Virus record (IMG/VR): IMGVR_UViG_3300023179_000152
Location: 1 to 51,816 of that record
Strand: one strand, 5' to 3'
From: a virus
Lineage: Duplodnaviria; Caudoviricetes
DNA: 51,816 nucleotides
The notes beneath the pieces were generated by a model. The model was not told the origin of the DNA. It saw only the letters and a list, made by a program, of their open reading frames with translations, and ran no database searches. A program made the translations under genes and the position numbers. Positions 6,729 through 13,734 of this stretch are shown piece after piece (the stretch's first letter is position 1; the number at the start of each line of letters is the position of its first letter).

Positions 6729-7364
6729 ATGTTCAAAAACAAAAAACAAGCCGAAGAGATTGTTGGCACACTCTCAAAACCTTCGAAGATGCCTGGATAT
6801 TCTTATTCGACACCAGCCAAGCGTTGTCTGATTGGTGCGAAAATGCGGAAAGTTGTAGGAAGCATTTGTGCTTTCTGCTACGCTCTCAAGGGGCGTTATG
6901 TTTTTCCCAATGTTCAGAAAGCTATGGAAAAGCGTTTTGCTTCTCTTACTAATGATCTTTGGGTGGATGCTATGACTTATTTGATTGGTAAAGTTAAGAA
7001 TCCGCATTTCAGGTGGCACGATTCAGGAGACTTACAAGGTGTTTGGCACCTCGAAAAGATTGTAAAGATTGCAAAGAATCTTCCTAACATTTCTTTTTGG
7101 CTTCCAACTAGAGAGTATGCTTTCGTTTCAACCTATATCGAACAAGGTGGAGAAGTGCCTTCTAACCTTACGATTAGACTATCAGCCCTTATGATGGATG
7201 GCCCCGCACCCGTAGGAATTGCACAGCGTTTAGGTTTGTGCGTTAGCGGTGCAAGTAAGGTAGGAAACTTTAACTGCCCATCTTCCAAACAAGGTAACAA
7301 GTGCGGTGATTGTCGTGCTTGTTGGGATAAGAATCAATTTGCAATTAACTATAAAAAGCATTAA
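6729..7364 (+). CDS. phage gp88-like Cys-rich protein
   Basis: SKMPG, CAFCYA, FRWHDSGD, FWLPTRE and CGDCRACW motifs. Confidence 0.75.
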   Translation: MFKNKKQAEEIVGTLSKPSKMPGYSYSTPAKRCLIGAKMRKVVGSICAFCYALKGRYVFPNVQKAMEKRFASLTNDLWVDAMTYLIGKVKNPHFRWHDSGDLQGVWHLEKIVKIAKNLPNISFWLPTREYAFVSTYIEQGGEVPSNLTIRLSALMMDGPAPVGIAQRLGLCVSGASKVGNFNCPSSKQGNKCGDCRACWDKNQFAINYKKH

Positions 7365-7373
7365 GATGTCCAT

Positions 7374-7433
7374 ATGACATTTATATTCTTAATTATTGTT
7401 GGTATATTTTTATCACTATTTATAACATACTAA
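7374..7433 (+). CDS. possible 19-aa membrane peptide
   Basis: MTFIFLIIVGIFLSLFITY fills the gap between two genes. Confidence 0.35.
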   Translation: MTFIFLIIVGIFLSLFITY

Positions 7434-7434
7434 A

Positions 7435-7584
7435 ATGAATATAGAAAAACTCTTAAACGAAAACTTAGAATCTTTTTTTCCGTGGAATGATTTTGATAAT
7501 CCTCCACTCGACACAAACAAAAGTTTTGTGCAAAAAGAAAGAGAATTAGACGAAGAGTTCGAAGGTTGGCGAGCCTCTATGTAA
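7435..7584 (+). CDS. hypothetical acidic protein, 49 aa
   Basis: MNIEKLLNENLESFFPWNDFD... Confidence 0.55.
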   Translation: MNIEKLLNENLESFFPWNDFDNPPLDTNKSFVQKERELDEEFEGWRASM

Positions 7585-7598
7585 AAAACTTGCTGATA

Positions 7599-7671
7599 TA
7601 AGTCTTTGATTATTAAAGATTTACATCGGCGGCTTCCCTGCGCCCCTAAGTCGTTGATTTACAACAACTTA
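7599..7671. repeat. 73-bp paired-palindrome element, copy 6 (at the convergence of the two transcription directions)
   Basis: TAAGTCTTTGA-TTA-TTAAAGATTTA / N23 / TAAGTCGTTGA-TTT-ACAACAACTTA. Confidence 0.88.
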
Positions 7672-7941
7672 CTCACCACAGAAGTTTTCGTCACCAGCCC
7701 AACCAAAGTCTTCCATCTGGTAACATCCACCATTGTAGTCCTCATCGGTGCCATGACCAGCAGAAGCCATAGCAGAGTCAAAGTCGCCATCCATAGAATC
7801 GTCTGGCTCGTTAGACCTTTCAGATTCCATGACGCGCTCCTCTTCGCGCTCCTTACGAATTTCACTAAGGATGTCACGCACATCCAGCGGAGTCAGCATG
7901 TGCTGGCTCATCCACTCCTTAAGAGAGGCTTTGTAGTCCAT
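7669..7941 (-). CDS. hypothetical acidic protein
   Basis: DGDFDSAMASAGHGTDEDY motif; start at 7941 or 7962. Confidence 0.7.
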   Translation of the reverse strand: MDYKASLKEWMSQHMLTPLDVRDILSEIRKEREEERVMESERSNEPDDSMDGDFDSAMASAGHGTDEDYNGGCYQMEDFGWAGDENFCGE

Positions 7942-7942
7942 A

Positions 7943-8182
7943 TTATTTGACCTCCATTCCATTCTGACAGGTAAGACGATAAGTTACGAAAGGCATTCCA
8001 CAGAAGGTAGCGGGCTTGTTAAACTGTACTACCTCCGTGTCCTGCTCATCGTAGGTGGGAGCCATCTTGTCGAGCATCTCGTTGATGGCATCAGCGGAGT
8101 TGATGTAGTCGAAGAATGCTTCCGCATCAGCATAGGCTTCAACGCAGTTAATCGAGGCAAGGTAGGTGATTTCGTTTGTCAT
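7943..8182 (-). CDS. hypothetical protein
   Basis: 79 aa; TTGCGC-N16-TACATT-N6-ATG promoter at 8189-8216. Confidence 0.7.
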   Translation of the reverse strand: MTNEITYLASINCVEAYADAEAFFDYINSADAINEMLDKMAPTYDEQDTEVVQFNKPATFCGMPFVTYRLTCQNGMEVK

Positions 8183-8236
8183 AGATTAAATGTATCACAG
8201 ATTATTTTTAGCGCAACATTTATTTTCAAAAAAATC

Positions 8237-8490
8237 AAATAGTAGAATAGTTAATAGTAAATAGGAAATAGGTTAATACCAAATAGTCGGATCTTTTGCT
8301 TTTATTCAGTTTTGTGTTGAAGATCGAGTTTTTATAAGTCGTTGATTATCAAGGGTTTGCGCGCGCGGGGGAGTGAGTTTTGTAAGTAGTTGATAATTAA
8401 GAGTTTAGATTTTATGCTGTCGTTTAGGTTTTGTTCTAAGATCAGTTTCGATCTTTTGCCTTCGTTCAGGTTTTGTCGGAAGATCAACAT
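8237..8490. repeat. AATAG short tandem repeats plus three ~40-bp GATC-containing direct repeats
   Basis: (A/T)AATAG(T/G) about 7 times at 8237-8288; GATCTTTTGC..TTCAGGTTTTGT..AAGATC-like units at ~8290, ~8407 and ~8450. Confidence 0.6.
8335..8407. repeat. 73-bp paired-palindrome element, copy 7
   Basis: TAAGTCGTTGA-TTA-TCAAGGGTTTG / N23 / TAAGTAGTTGA-TAA-TTAAGAGTTTA. Confidence 0.85.
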
Positions 8491-8493
8491 TTA

Positions 8494-8566
8494 TAAATCT
8501 TTGATTATTAAGGATTTATAGAATCAGCCTCCCTGCATGCGTAACTCGTTGATACTGAGTTACTTA
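8494..8566. repeat. 73-bp paired-palindrome element, copy 8
   Basis: TAAATCTTTGA-TTA-TTAAGGATTTA / N23 / TAACTCGTTGA-TAC-TGAGTTACTTA. Confidence 0.85.
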
Positions 8567-8701
8567 CAAGAGGTCTCGAAGATGTAAGCAACTCGCAGAG
8601 ATGTAGTAAAAAAATCTCTCTCGCAAAAAGTTTTTTTCCTCGCCATTTTTCACAGCGAGTCTATAAGTTTTTTTATTTATTTTGAAAAGTATTTTTTTCA
8701 T
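8564..8701 (-). CDS. hypothetical protein, 45 aa
   Basis: MKKILFKINKKTYRL...; ATGA overlap with the upstream gene. Confidence 0.55.
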   Translation of the reverse strand: MKKILFKINKKTYRLAVKNGEEKNFLRERFFYYISASCLHLRDLL

Positions 8702-8883
8702 TTGCTCAAACTTTCCATAGCTTCTTTCATAAGGTTCAATGCACCTTTGATAGTTTCTTTTTGGTATCCGTATTGTGTTCCTGATTCCAAACATTCTAGT
8801 TTGATAATCGCAGCAGAAAGGCAACCTTTTGCCCATCCTTTGTTTTGTGCTTCATTCATTGTTTTTTGGTATTCAGTTATCAT
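8698..8883 (-). CDS. hypothetical protein
   Basis: MITEYQKTMNEAQNKG...; GGAG Shine-Dalgarno upstream. Confidence 0.65.
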   Translation of the reverse strand: MITEYQKTMNEAQNKGWAKGCLSAAIIKLECLESGTQYGYQKETIKGALNLMKEAMESLSK

Positions 8884-8884
8884 A

Positions 8885-9139
8885 TTAGTCTCCTTTATAT
8901 TTCGAGGATTCGTTAAAACTTCCAATGAAGTTCATCACTCCATTCTTACGATCTTCACACTCTTTGAGAAGTTCGGGAGTCATTTCGACTTCTTGCATTT
9001 CATCGCAGAATTGAGTCACAACTCCAACGCTAGTAATTTTGCGGAGTTGCTTTTTATTGTTATAGAGTTCGCAAACTCCGATATGGTTTTCAATTTGGTA
9101 GTATTTCCCTACTTGGAGGGATTCAATGTTGTTTTTCAT
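8885..9139 (-). CDS. hypothetical protein
   Basis: 84 aa; TTGACA-N16-TAGATT-N6-ATG promoter at 9146-9173. Confidence 0.7.
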   Translation of the reverse strand: MKNNIESLQVGKYYQIENHIGVCELYNNKKQLRKITSVGVVTQFCDEMQEVEMTPELLKECEDRKNGVMNFIGSFNESSKYKGD

Positions 9140-9161
9140 ATTCTTAATCTATCACACTTTC

Positions 9162-9308
9162 CTATTTTGTCAAGCTGTTAAATTTCGTTGATTTAGAACG
9201 ACTTGCAGCTTTTTCTGGATTATTTTTTTTCCATTCAGCCCAACGCTTGCGGTTTAATTCCCACTTGCGTTGATTACTTTCTATTCTTTTGATATCATCT
9301 TGATTCAT
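9162..9308 (-). CDS. hypothetical basic protein, 48 aa
   Basis: MNQDDIKRIESNQRKWELNRKRWAEW... Confidence 0.5.
   Translation of the reverse strand: MNQDDIKRIESNQRKWELNRKRWAEWKKNNPEKAASRSKSTKFNSLTK
9181..9205. repeat. solo 25-bp palindromic box
   Basis: AATTTCGTTGA-TTT-AGAACGACTTG. Confidence 0.65.
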
Positions 9309-9310
9309 TT

Positions 9311-9493
9311 TTATACTCCAAACTTGTCATTATATTGATCGTAAAGTTTCTGAAACTCTTCACCATTCTTTTCGATAGCGTCTCGAATTTCAAACCACTG
9401 CTGTTGACCTCTGCGATAGTAGCGAGAATCTTCGCTCATAGCATAAGTCCAATCGTGATTCTTTAAAAGTTCTTCGAATTGTTGTATGTTCAT
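9311..9493 (-). CDS. hypothetical phage protein
   Basis: 60 aa; HDWTYAMSED...YRRG motif. Confidence 0.7.
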   Translation of the reverse strand: MNIQQFEELLKNHDWTYAMSEDSRYYRRGQQQWFEIRDAIEKNGEEFQKLYDQYNDKFGV

Positions 9494-9766
9494 TTATTTA
9501 TTTTCCTTTACTAGTTTAGCATTGTTAAGGTTGATAGTTCCAACCTTATCTTTATCTTCACCTTCTAGGAAGGTTACAACCGCAGTATTAGCAGAAGTTT
9601 TGTAAGAAACTTTTACAAGAGTTCCTTCGTATAGGTATATTTCACCAAAGTAAGTTGGTGTATTGTTAGAGTTAGTGATTATGGATTCAGTAGTATCCAT
9701 ATTTTTTCGCATATTTTCACGCATTTGTCTGCGGTGAAAATTCCAATTTATCATTCTATGAGTCAT
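9494..9766 (-). CDS. hypothetical protein
   Basis: 90 aa ORF in the minus-strand operon. Confidence 0.6.
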   Translation of the reverse strand: MTHRMINWNFHRRQMRENMRKNMDTTESIITNSNNTPTYFGEIYLYEGTLVKVSYKTSANTAVVTFLEGEDKDKVGTINLNNAKLVKENK

Positions 9767-9836
9767 TTTATTTATTACCTTTCTTATTTTCTTTCTTATC
9801 TTTCATACCTTTAATCTATCACATTTTAGCGAAAAG

Positions 9837-10025
9837 TCAAATTTTTTCTTCAATTTGTTTTTCGTTGATTATCATCGAGTTATGATGAGCGACTTCAACT
9901 TTATGTTGATATTTCGCAAAACTTTCATCCATTCTTTTTTGAGATTCTTCTATGGCTTTTTTCAGATCGGTCGAAGCCTTGTCGAGATTTCCGAGGAGGA
10001 TTTCGAATTTTGTTTTTCTTTTCAT
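9837..10025 (-). CDS. coiled-coil hypothetical protein, paralog of 11516-11668
   Basis: 62 aa; TTGCAA-N16-TAGATT-N6-ATG promoter. Confidence 0.7.
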   Translation of the reverse strand: MKRKTKFEILLGNLDKASTDLKKAIEESQKRMDESFAKYQHKVEVAHHNSMIINEKQIEEKI

Positions 10026-10075
10026 ACATATAATCTATCACATTTTGGAATTTTTGCAAGATATTTTTTCATTTA

Positions 10076-10148
10076 AATTTCATTGTCCATCAACGAGTTA
10101 CAACGCAAGGGAGCCCGCCGCCGTAAGTCGTTGGTATTCAACAACTTA
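10076..10148. repeat. 73-bp paired-palindrome element, copy 9
   Basis: AATTTCATTGT-CCA-TCAACGAGTTA / N23 / TAAGTCGTTGG-TAT-TCAACAACTTA. Confidence 0.85.
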
Positions 10149-10162
10149 GGCAAGCAGACTTT

Positions 10163-10558
10163 TTAGAACGGCATGATCTTTATTTCACGAGATTTTTCTA
10201 GATATTCTTCGGAAGGTTTAAAGAAAATGACTTTGTCATTTATCTTTTCCACAGAAACTTCTTCTGGCAAAGATGCAAAGTCTCCTTCGCCATCGGTTGC
10301 AATGATGAGAGCTTTTCCTGCGAAAGGTTGCGAGGTGATCCCAAACTTAAAGTATGCTTGGTTCTCGCTGTTCTTTAGCAAACCTTCATCATCCAGAATC
10401 ATGTCGATTCCTTCTGCAAGACTTGTGATGGTTATCAACTCACATCCGATGAGTGCGTAGATGGTTTGGAGTTTAGTGTCCACCATCTTAACTTCTGTGA
10501 TGGTTTGAGTGAATGGGTCGATGAGGATCGCCCGTTTGATTAGGTTTTTATTTGTCAT
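10163..10558 (-). CDS. DUF3846-like protein
   Basis: AILIDP...IYALIGC...DDEGLL...FAGKALI; TTGACA-N16-TAGACT-N6-ATG promoter. Confidence 0.65.
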   Translation of the reverse strand: MTNKNLIKRAILIDPFTQTITEVKMVDTKLQTIYALIGCELITITSLAEGIDMILDDEGLLKNSENQAYFKFGITSQPFAGKALIIATDGEGDFASLPEEVSVEKINDKVIFFKPSEEYLEKSREIKIMPF

Positions 10559-10595
10559 ATGTTTAGTCTATCATACCTTTCTATATTGTCAAGCC

Positions 10596-10973
10596 TTACA
10601 ATCTGTAAAACTTATGATTGCGGATCGTTGCCACTAGCTTTGCATCCTTTGCCCATTTGGGCGAGACACTCACAGCATGGTAATGGTTAGCGTCTTTTAC
10701 AATGCTGACCATCTGCTTATGTATAACTAAGTCAGCTAGGTAAAGAGCGTTCTTTCCTTGTGGCGTTGCCAGTAGCTTCTTCTTGGTAGCGTCATTCACT
10801 CCACCATTCCAGAAGCTAAATTGTTTTGGTGCTAGGCATACTTGGCTAGCGGATTGGTGACGCTCTACCATGCGTGTCTGTATGACACTAGCAACACCAG
10901 CCATACCTTCCATGCCTTCGCCCCTAGCTTCGCCTAAGAGCGTGAGTGCTACGATGAATAGTTCTGCTGTCAT
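10596..10973 (-). CDS. cell wall hydrolase, SleB/Hydrolase_2 family
   Basis: LTLLGEARGEG...VASVI...QFSFWN...ANHYHA...PKWA...IRNHKFY; start at ATG 10973. Confidence 0.85.
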   Translation of the reverse strand: MTAELFIVALTLLGEARGEGMEGMAGVASVIQTRMVERHQSASQVCLAPKQFSFWNGGVNDATKKKLLATPQGKNALYLADLVIHKQMVSIVKDANHYHAVSVSPKWAKDAKLVATIRNHKFYRL

Positions 10974-10977
10974 AGGA

Positions 10978-11397
10978 TTAGTCCCTTCCACTGCTGATAG
11001 CTCCGCAGTAGTCGCTAGGCTTCTCTGCTGTGATAGTGCCGAGGCTATATCCCTCGGAGCTAGTAGCACCCCAAAGGAAGCAGGTTTGCACCATCTCATC
11101 GATGATGCTCTGTGCCTTTGCTGTAGCAAGGTCAAGCAGTCCACCCTTGCGACCCTTAGCGTTGATCTTATTGACCAAGGCATGAAGGGCGATCTTGGTG
11201 AGAGCCTTCTTCACATCATCGGGGTGAGCATAGAAGTAGAACGCTTTGCCGTTGCCCATGTCGTGCAACTTGCCATTCGTTCCGCACCAGTTGTAGATGC
11301 TGTTAAAGAAGTGGTTGATCTGCTTAAGGTTTCCCTCTAGCAGGTAAGCATTGTTTTCGCCGAAGGTTTGGTAGCTGATTTTGAGGTTTTGTTTCAT
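10978..11397 (-). CDS. hypothetical protein, paralog of 2397-2783
   Basis: 139 aa; YNWCGTNGKL; TTGACG-N17-CATACT-N6-ATG promoter. Confidence 0.8.
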   Translation of the reverse strand: MKQNLKISYQTFGENNAYLLEGNLKQINHFFNSIYNWCGTNGKLHDMGNGKAFYFYAHPDDVKKALTKIALHALVNKINAKGRKGGLLDLATAKAQSIIDEMVQTCFLWGATSSEGYSLGTITAEKPSDYCGAISSGRD

Positions 11398-11435
11398 GGT
11401 CTTAGTATGCCTTTCTGATTATGTTTCGTCAACAA

Positions 11436-11519
11436 TTATTTTTTAGCTGTTGCCATAGCGTAGATCCCGATAAGGATACTTCCGATGGTAAGAGCAAAGA
11501 TTAGGTTTGCAGGATTCAT
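11436..11519 (-). CDS. small membrane protein, 27 aa
   Basis: MNPANLIFALTIGSILIGIYAMATAKK; ATGA overlap with the upstream gene. Confidence 0.5.
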   Translation of the reverse strand: MNPANLIFALTIGSILIGIYAMATAKK

Positions 11520-11668
11520 TTGTTCATCGCTTCCTGATGGATAGCTTCCACCTTGTTAGCGTGAGCATCAAGAGTAGCGATGGCCTTTGTAGAGGCATCC
11601 TTTAGGTCTTGGCTCGCCTTGTTGAGGTTGGCGATCAGTTGTTCGTATTTGCTTAATTTCTTCTTCAT
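11516..11668 (-). CDS. coiled-coil hypothetical protein, 50 aa
   Basis: MKKKLSKYEQLIANLNKASQDLKDA...; TTGCAG-N16-TAGATT-N6-ATG promoter. Confidence 0.75.
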   Translation of the reverse strand: MKKKLSKYEQLIANLNKASQDLKDASTKAIATLDAHANKVEAIHQEAMNK

Positions 11669-11718
11669 GCTCTTAATCTATCACAGAATAGGATTTCTGC
11701 AAGATATTTTTTCAGTTA

Positions 11719-11743
11719 AATTTCGTTGATTATCAACGACTTA
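11719..11743. repeat. solo 25-bp palindromic box (last copy)
   Basis: AATTTCGTTGA-TTA-TCAACGACTTA. Confidence 0.8.
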
Positions 11744-12039
11744 TATCCTACCCCTTTTTATTTTATCATAGGATACCCCATTTTTGAAAAAGTTGTGCAA
11801 TCGTAGATTTTAAAACAGCCTAGGGGGTACTATCTTCAATCTCCACATTATTTATAACTATTACTTATTTACCCTTTATTTAAATACAATAAAATAACTA
11901 TATATTATCTTATATTATATCTTATATATACCCCCTCCCCTTTTTACAAATCTATAAAGAATTAACAGAATAGAATATCTCTAAAGGTCAAAATTTCCGC
12001 GGGGCTATTTTTGTTGTAAGGTCTTTTTATATATAGCTA

Positions 12040-12702
12040 TTAAGAGCAAAGTTTAGTAGCTGTAAAAGGAGATGGCCATTCAGCTTGCCAAGGAAAAGGT
12101 GCAACTGTTAAAGATGTTACAAATGGACTGCCAAGATTAGCATAACTCCAAGGACTAAGAATATCTGCCCTATATAAAGTTTCATCACCATAAACATAAA
12201 GAGTTTCTGATTGACGAGTTAAAACGCGAGGACCAGCATACCAACCTTCCATAAGAACTTGAGCATCTGAATTATAGCAAGTGACAGCAGAGTTTACAGT
12301 TATATTATATTCTGTTTCATTTGGACTAAAAGGTGGATGACCACCACCAAAATCTCCTAGTGAATAACTTAAATACCAAATTGGTTTATAAGGAGGAACA
12401 TTTTCAGTATTAGTACCTGGAAAATCTAATATTATTTCTAAAACTGGAAGAGCAGGATTTGTTGGGGAGAATGTCCACAATCTTTTTCCAGCACCAAGAC
12501 TTATGACATAATTTATAATAGCATCTACAGAAGGTTCTTGAACAAATGCTACAGCATTACCATAAGTACCATAATCAAAATGTCCATAATCTATAGAATA
12601 ATTGCTCGCTTCTTGAAAAACAATAGATCTTAATCCTTCAAAAAATATAGATTTACCTTGTACGGTTCTTCCTAATAATGTATGTTTTTTTCCAGACGGC
12701 AT
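12040..12702 (-). CDS. putative virion-associated protein
   Basis: 220 aa; N-terminus shared with 12706-13458. Confidence 0.7.
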   Translation of the reverse strand: MPSGKKHTLLGRTVQGKSIFFEGLRSIVFQEASNYSIDYGHFDYGTYGNAVAFVQEPSVDAIINYVISLGAGKRLWTFSPTNPALPVLEIILDFPGTNTENVPPYKPIWYLSYSLGDFGGGHPPFSPNETEYNITVNSAVTCYNSDAQVLMEGWYAGPRVLTRQSETLYVYGDETLYRADILSPWSYANLGSPFVTSLTVAPFPWQAEWPSPFTATKLCS

Positions 12703-12705
12703 ATA

Positions 12706-13458
12706 TTACCTAACCCAATACCAGATAATTCCAGGGTTTGTCATACATCCTTCTTCACCACACCCTGCTGATATCCATGGAGTTGGATACCATCCTACCG
12801 CAGGTATTAATGTTCCCCACCAATAATCATTACCAGTATCGCTAGTTGTTATAAACCCTGAATTATTGCCATACCACGGCATTCTTTGTGAAATTCCACC
12901 GTTGGTATAATAGATCCATGTTCCAAATTTTGTATTTAAAGTAATATTTGTTTGAGTATTATTTGTTGCTATAAAACTATAGTTATCATTTGCTGTCCAA
13001 ATTCCTCCCCAACTTCTTCTTGAATAAGCATCTATCATATATTGGAAACCGCTAGATGATTTTTTAATATAATCTGCATAAGATATTATGCTATAATTAT
13101 CAGAACCATCTGCTCCTTCACCTTGTCGTGGCCTATCATCTGCAGAAATTGGTGGATTTGATTCATTTCTTAAAATTGCATTTTCATAAGTCCATCCAGA
13201 GCTAAAATTATTTAACATTATTAATGTCCAACCACCACCATCTGTTGTCATATCAGCATAAATTTGAAATGGTGTTCCGCTGTTGATATTATCATTTTTA
13301 ATCCAATAAAGTCCATCTGTACTATTTGAAAAATCTGTTTTAATTTGATACGCACTGCTTCCTGCGGTTTGAGGAGTTAATCCATCTGAGCCAATATTAA
13401 ATATTTTTTTGCCTTGTACAGTTCTTCCAATAAATGTATGTTTTTTTCCAGATGGCAT
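12706..13458 (-). CDS. fibrinogen-like (YCDxxxxGGGW-type) domain protein
   Basis: DGLYWI...FQIYADMTTDGGGWTLI. Confidence 0.75.
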   Translation of the reverse strand: MPSGKKHTFIGRTVQGKKIFNIGSDGLTPQTAGSSAYQIKTDFSNSTDGLYWIKNDNINSGTPFQIYADMTTDGGGWTLIMLNNFSSGWTYENAILRNESNPPISADDRPRQGEGADGSDNYSIISYADYIKKSSSGFQYMIDAYSRRSWGGIWTANDNYSFIATNNTQTNITLNTKFGTWIYYTNGGISQRMPWYGNNSGFITTSDTGNDYWWGTLIPAVGWYPTPWISAGCGEEGCMTNPGIIWYWVR

Positions 13459-13467
13459 ATTAATAAA

Positions 13468-13490
13468 TTACACTTTATTAACTAGTGTAA
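13468..13490. promoter_or_regulatory. divergent pair of putative late promoter motifs (GTGTAA)
   Basis: TTACAC at 13468-73 and GTGTAA at 13485-90, 9 and 10 nt before the divergent ATGs. Confidence 0.65.
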
Positions 13491-13500
13491 TATATATTAT

Positions 13501-13734
13501 ATGAAATACGATCTCAAAACTCTATCCTTAGTAGTAATATTAGGTTCTTTATTTTATTCCATTAGTACTTATACTAAAAGTAAATTAATATCAAATAGCC
13601 CCAAGAAACATGCTAAAGAAGTTATATTAGTAAATAAAACTGAAAATAGTTCAAAATCAATAGCGCCCAAGATTTATATTTTTGATGCTGGGCGAAATGG
13701 ATTAGGAATAAGCAATAATTGGAAAAGCAGATGA
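13501..13734 (+). CDS. hypothetical membrane-anchored protein
   Basis: 77 aa with an N-terminal hydrophobic segment. Confidence 0.65.
   Translation: MKYDLKTLSLVVILGSLFYSISTYTKSKLISNSPKKHAKEVILVNKTENSSKSIAPKIYIFDAGRNGLGISNNWKSR

Noticed and set aside
367-10148. Repeat-spacer-repeat units as mini CRISPR arrays
   Set aside because: Repeats are degenerate, occur only in dispersed pairs, spacers share a G/C-run motif, and there are no cas genes in the window.
10974-11183. N-terminal extension of the SleB ORF in the track
   Set aside because: It overlaps gene 10978-11397 in another frame. The domain begins at ATG 10973.
7606-11340. Plus-strand ORFs at 7606, 8702, 9855, 9952, 10173 and 10870
   Set aside because: They are antisense to promoter-supported minus-strand genes, and some run through repeat elements.
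367-11743. Boxes as Xer dif sites
   Set aside because: Geometry is 11-3-11 rather than 11-6-11, the XerD arm TTATGTTAAAT is absent, and no recombinase is visible in the window.
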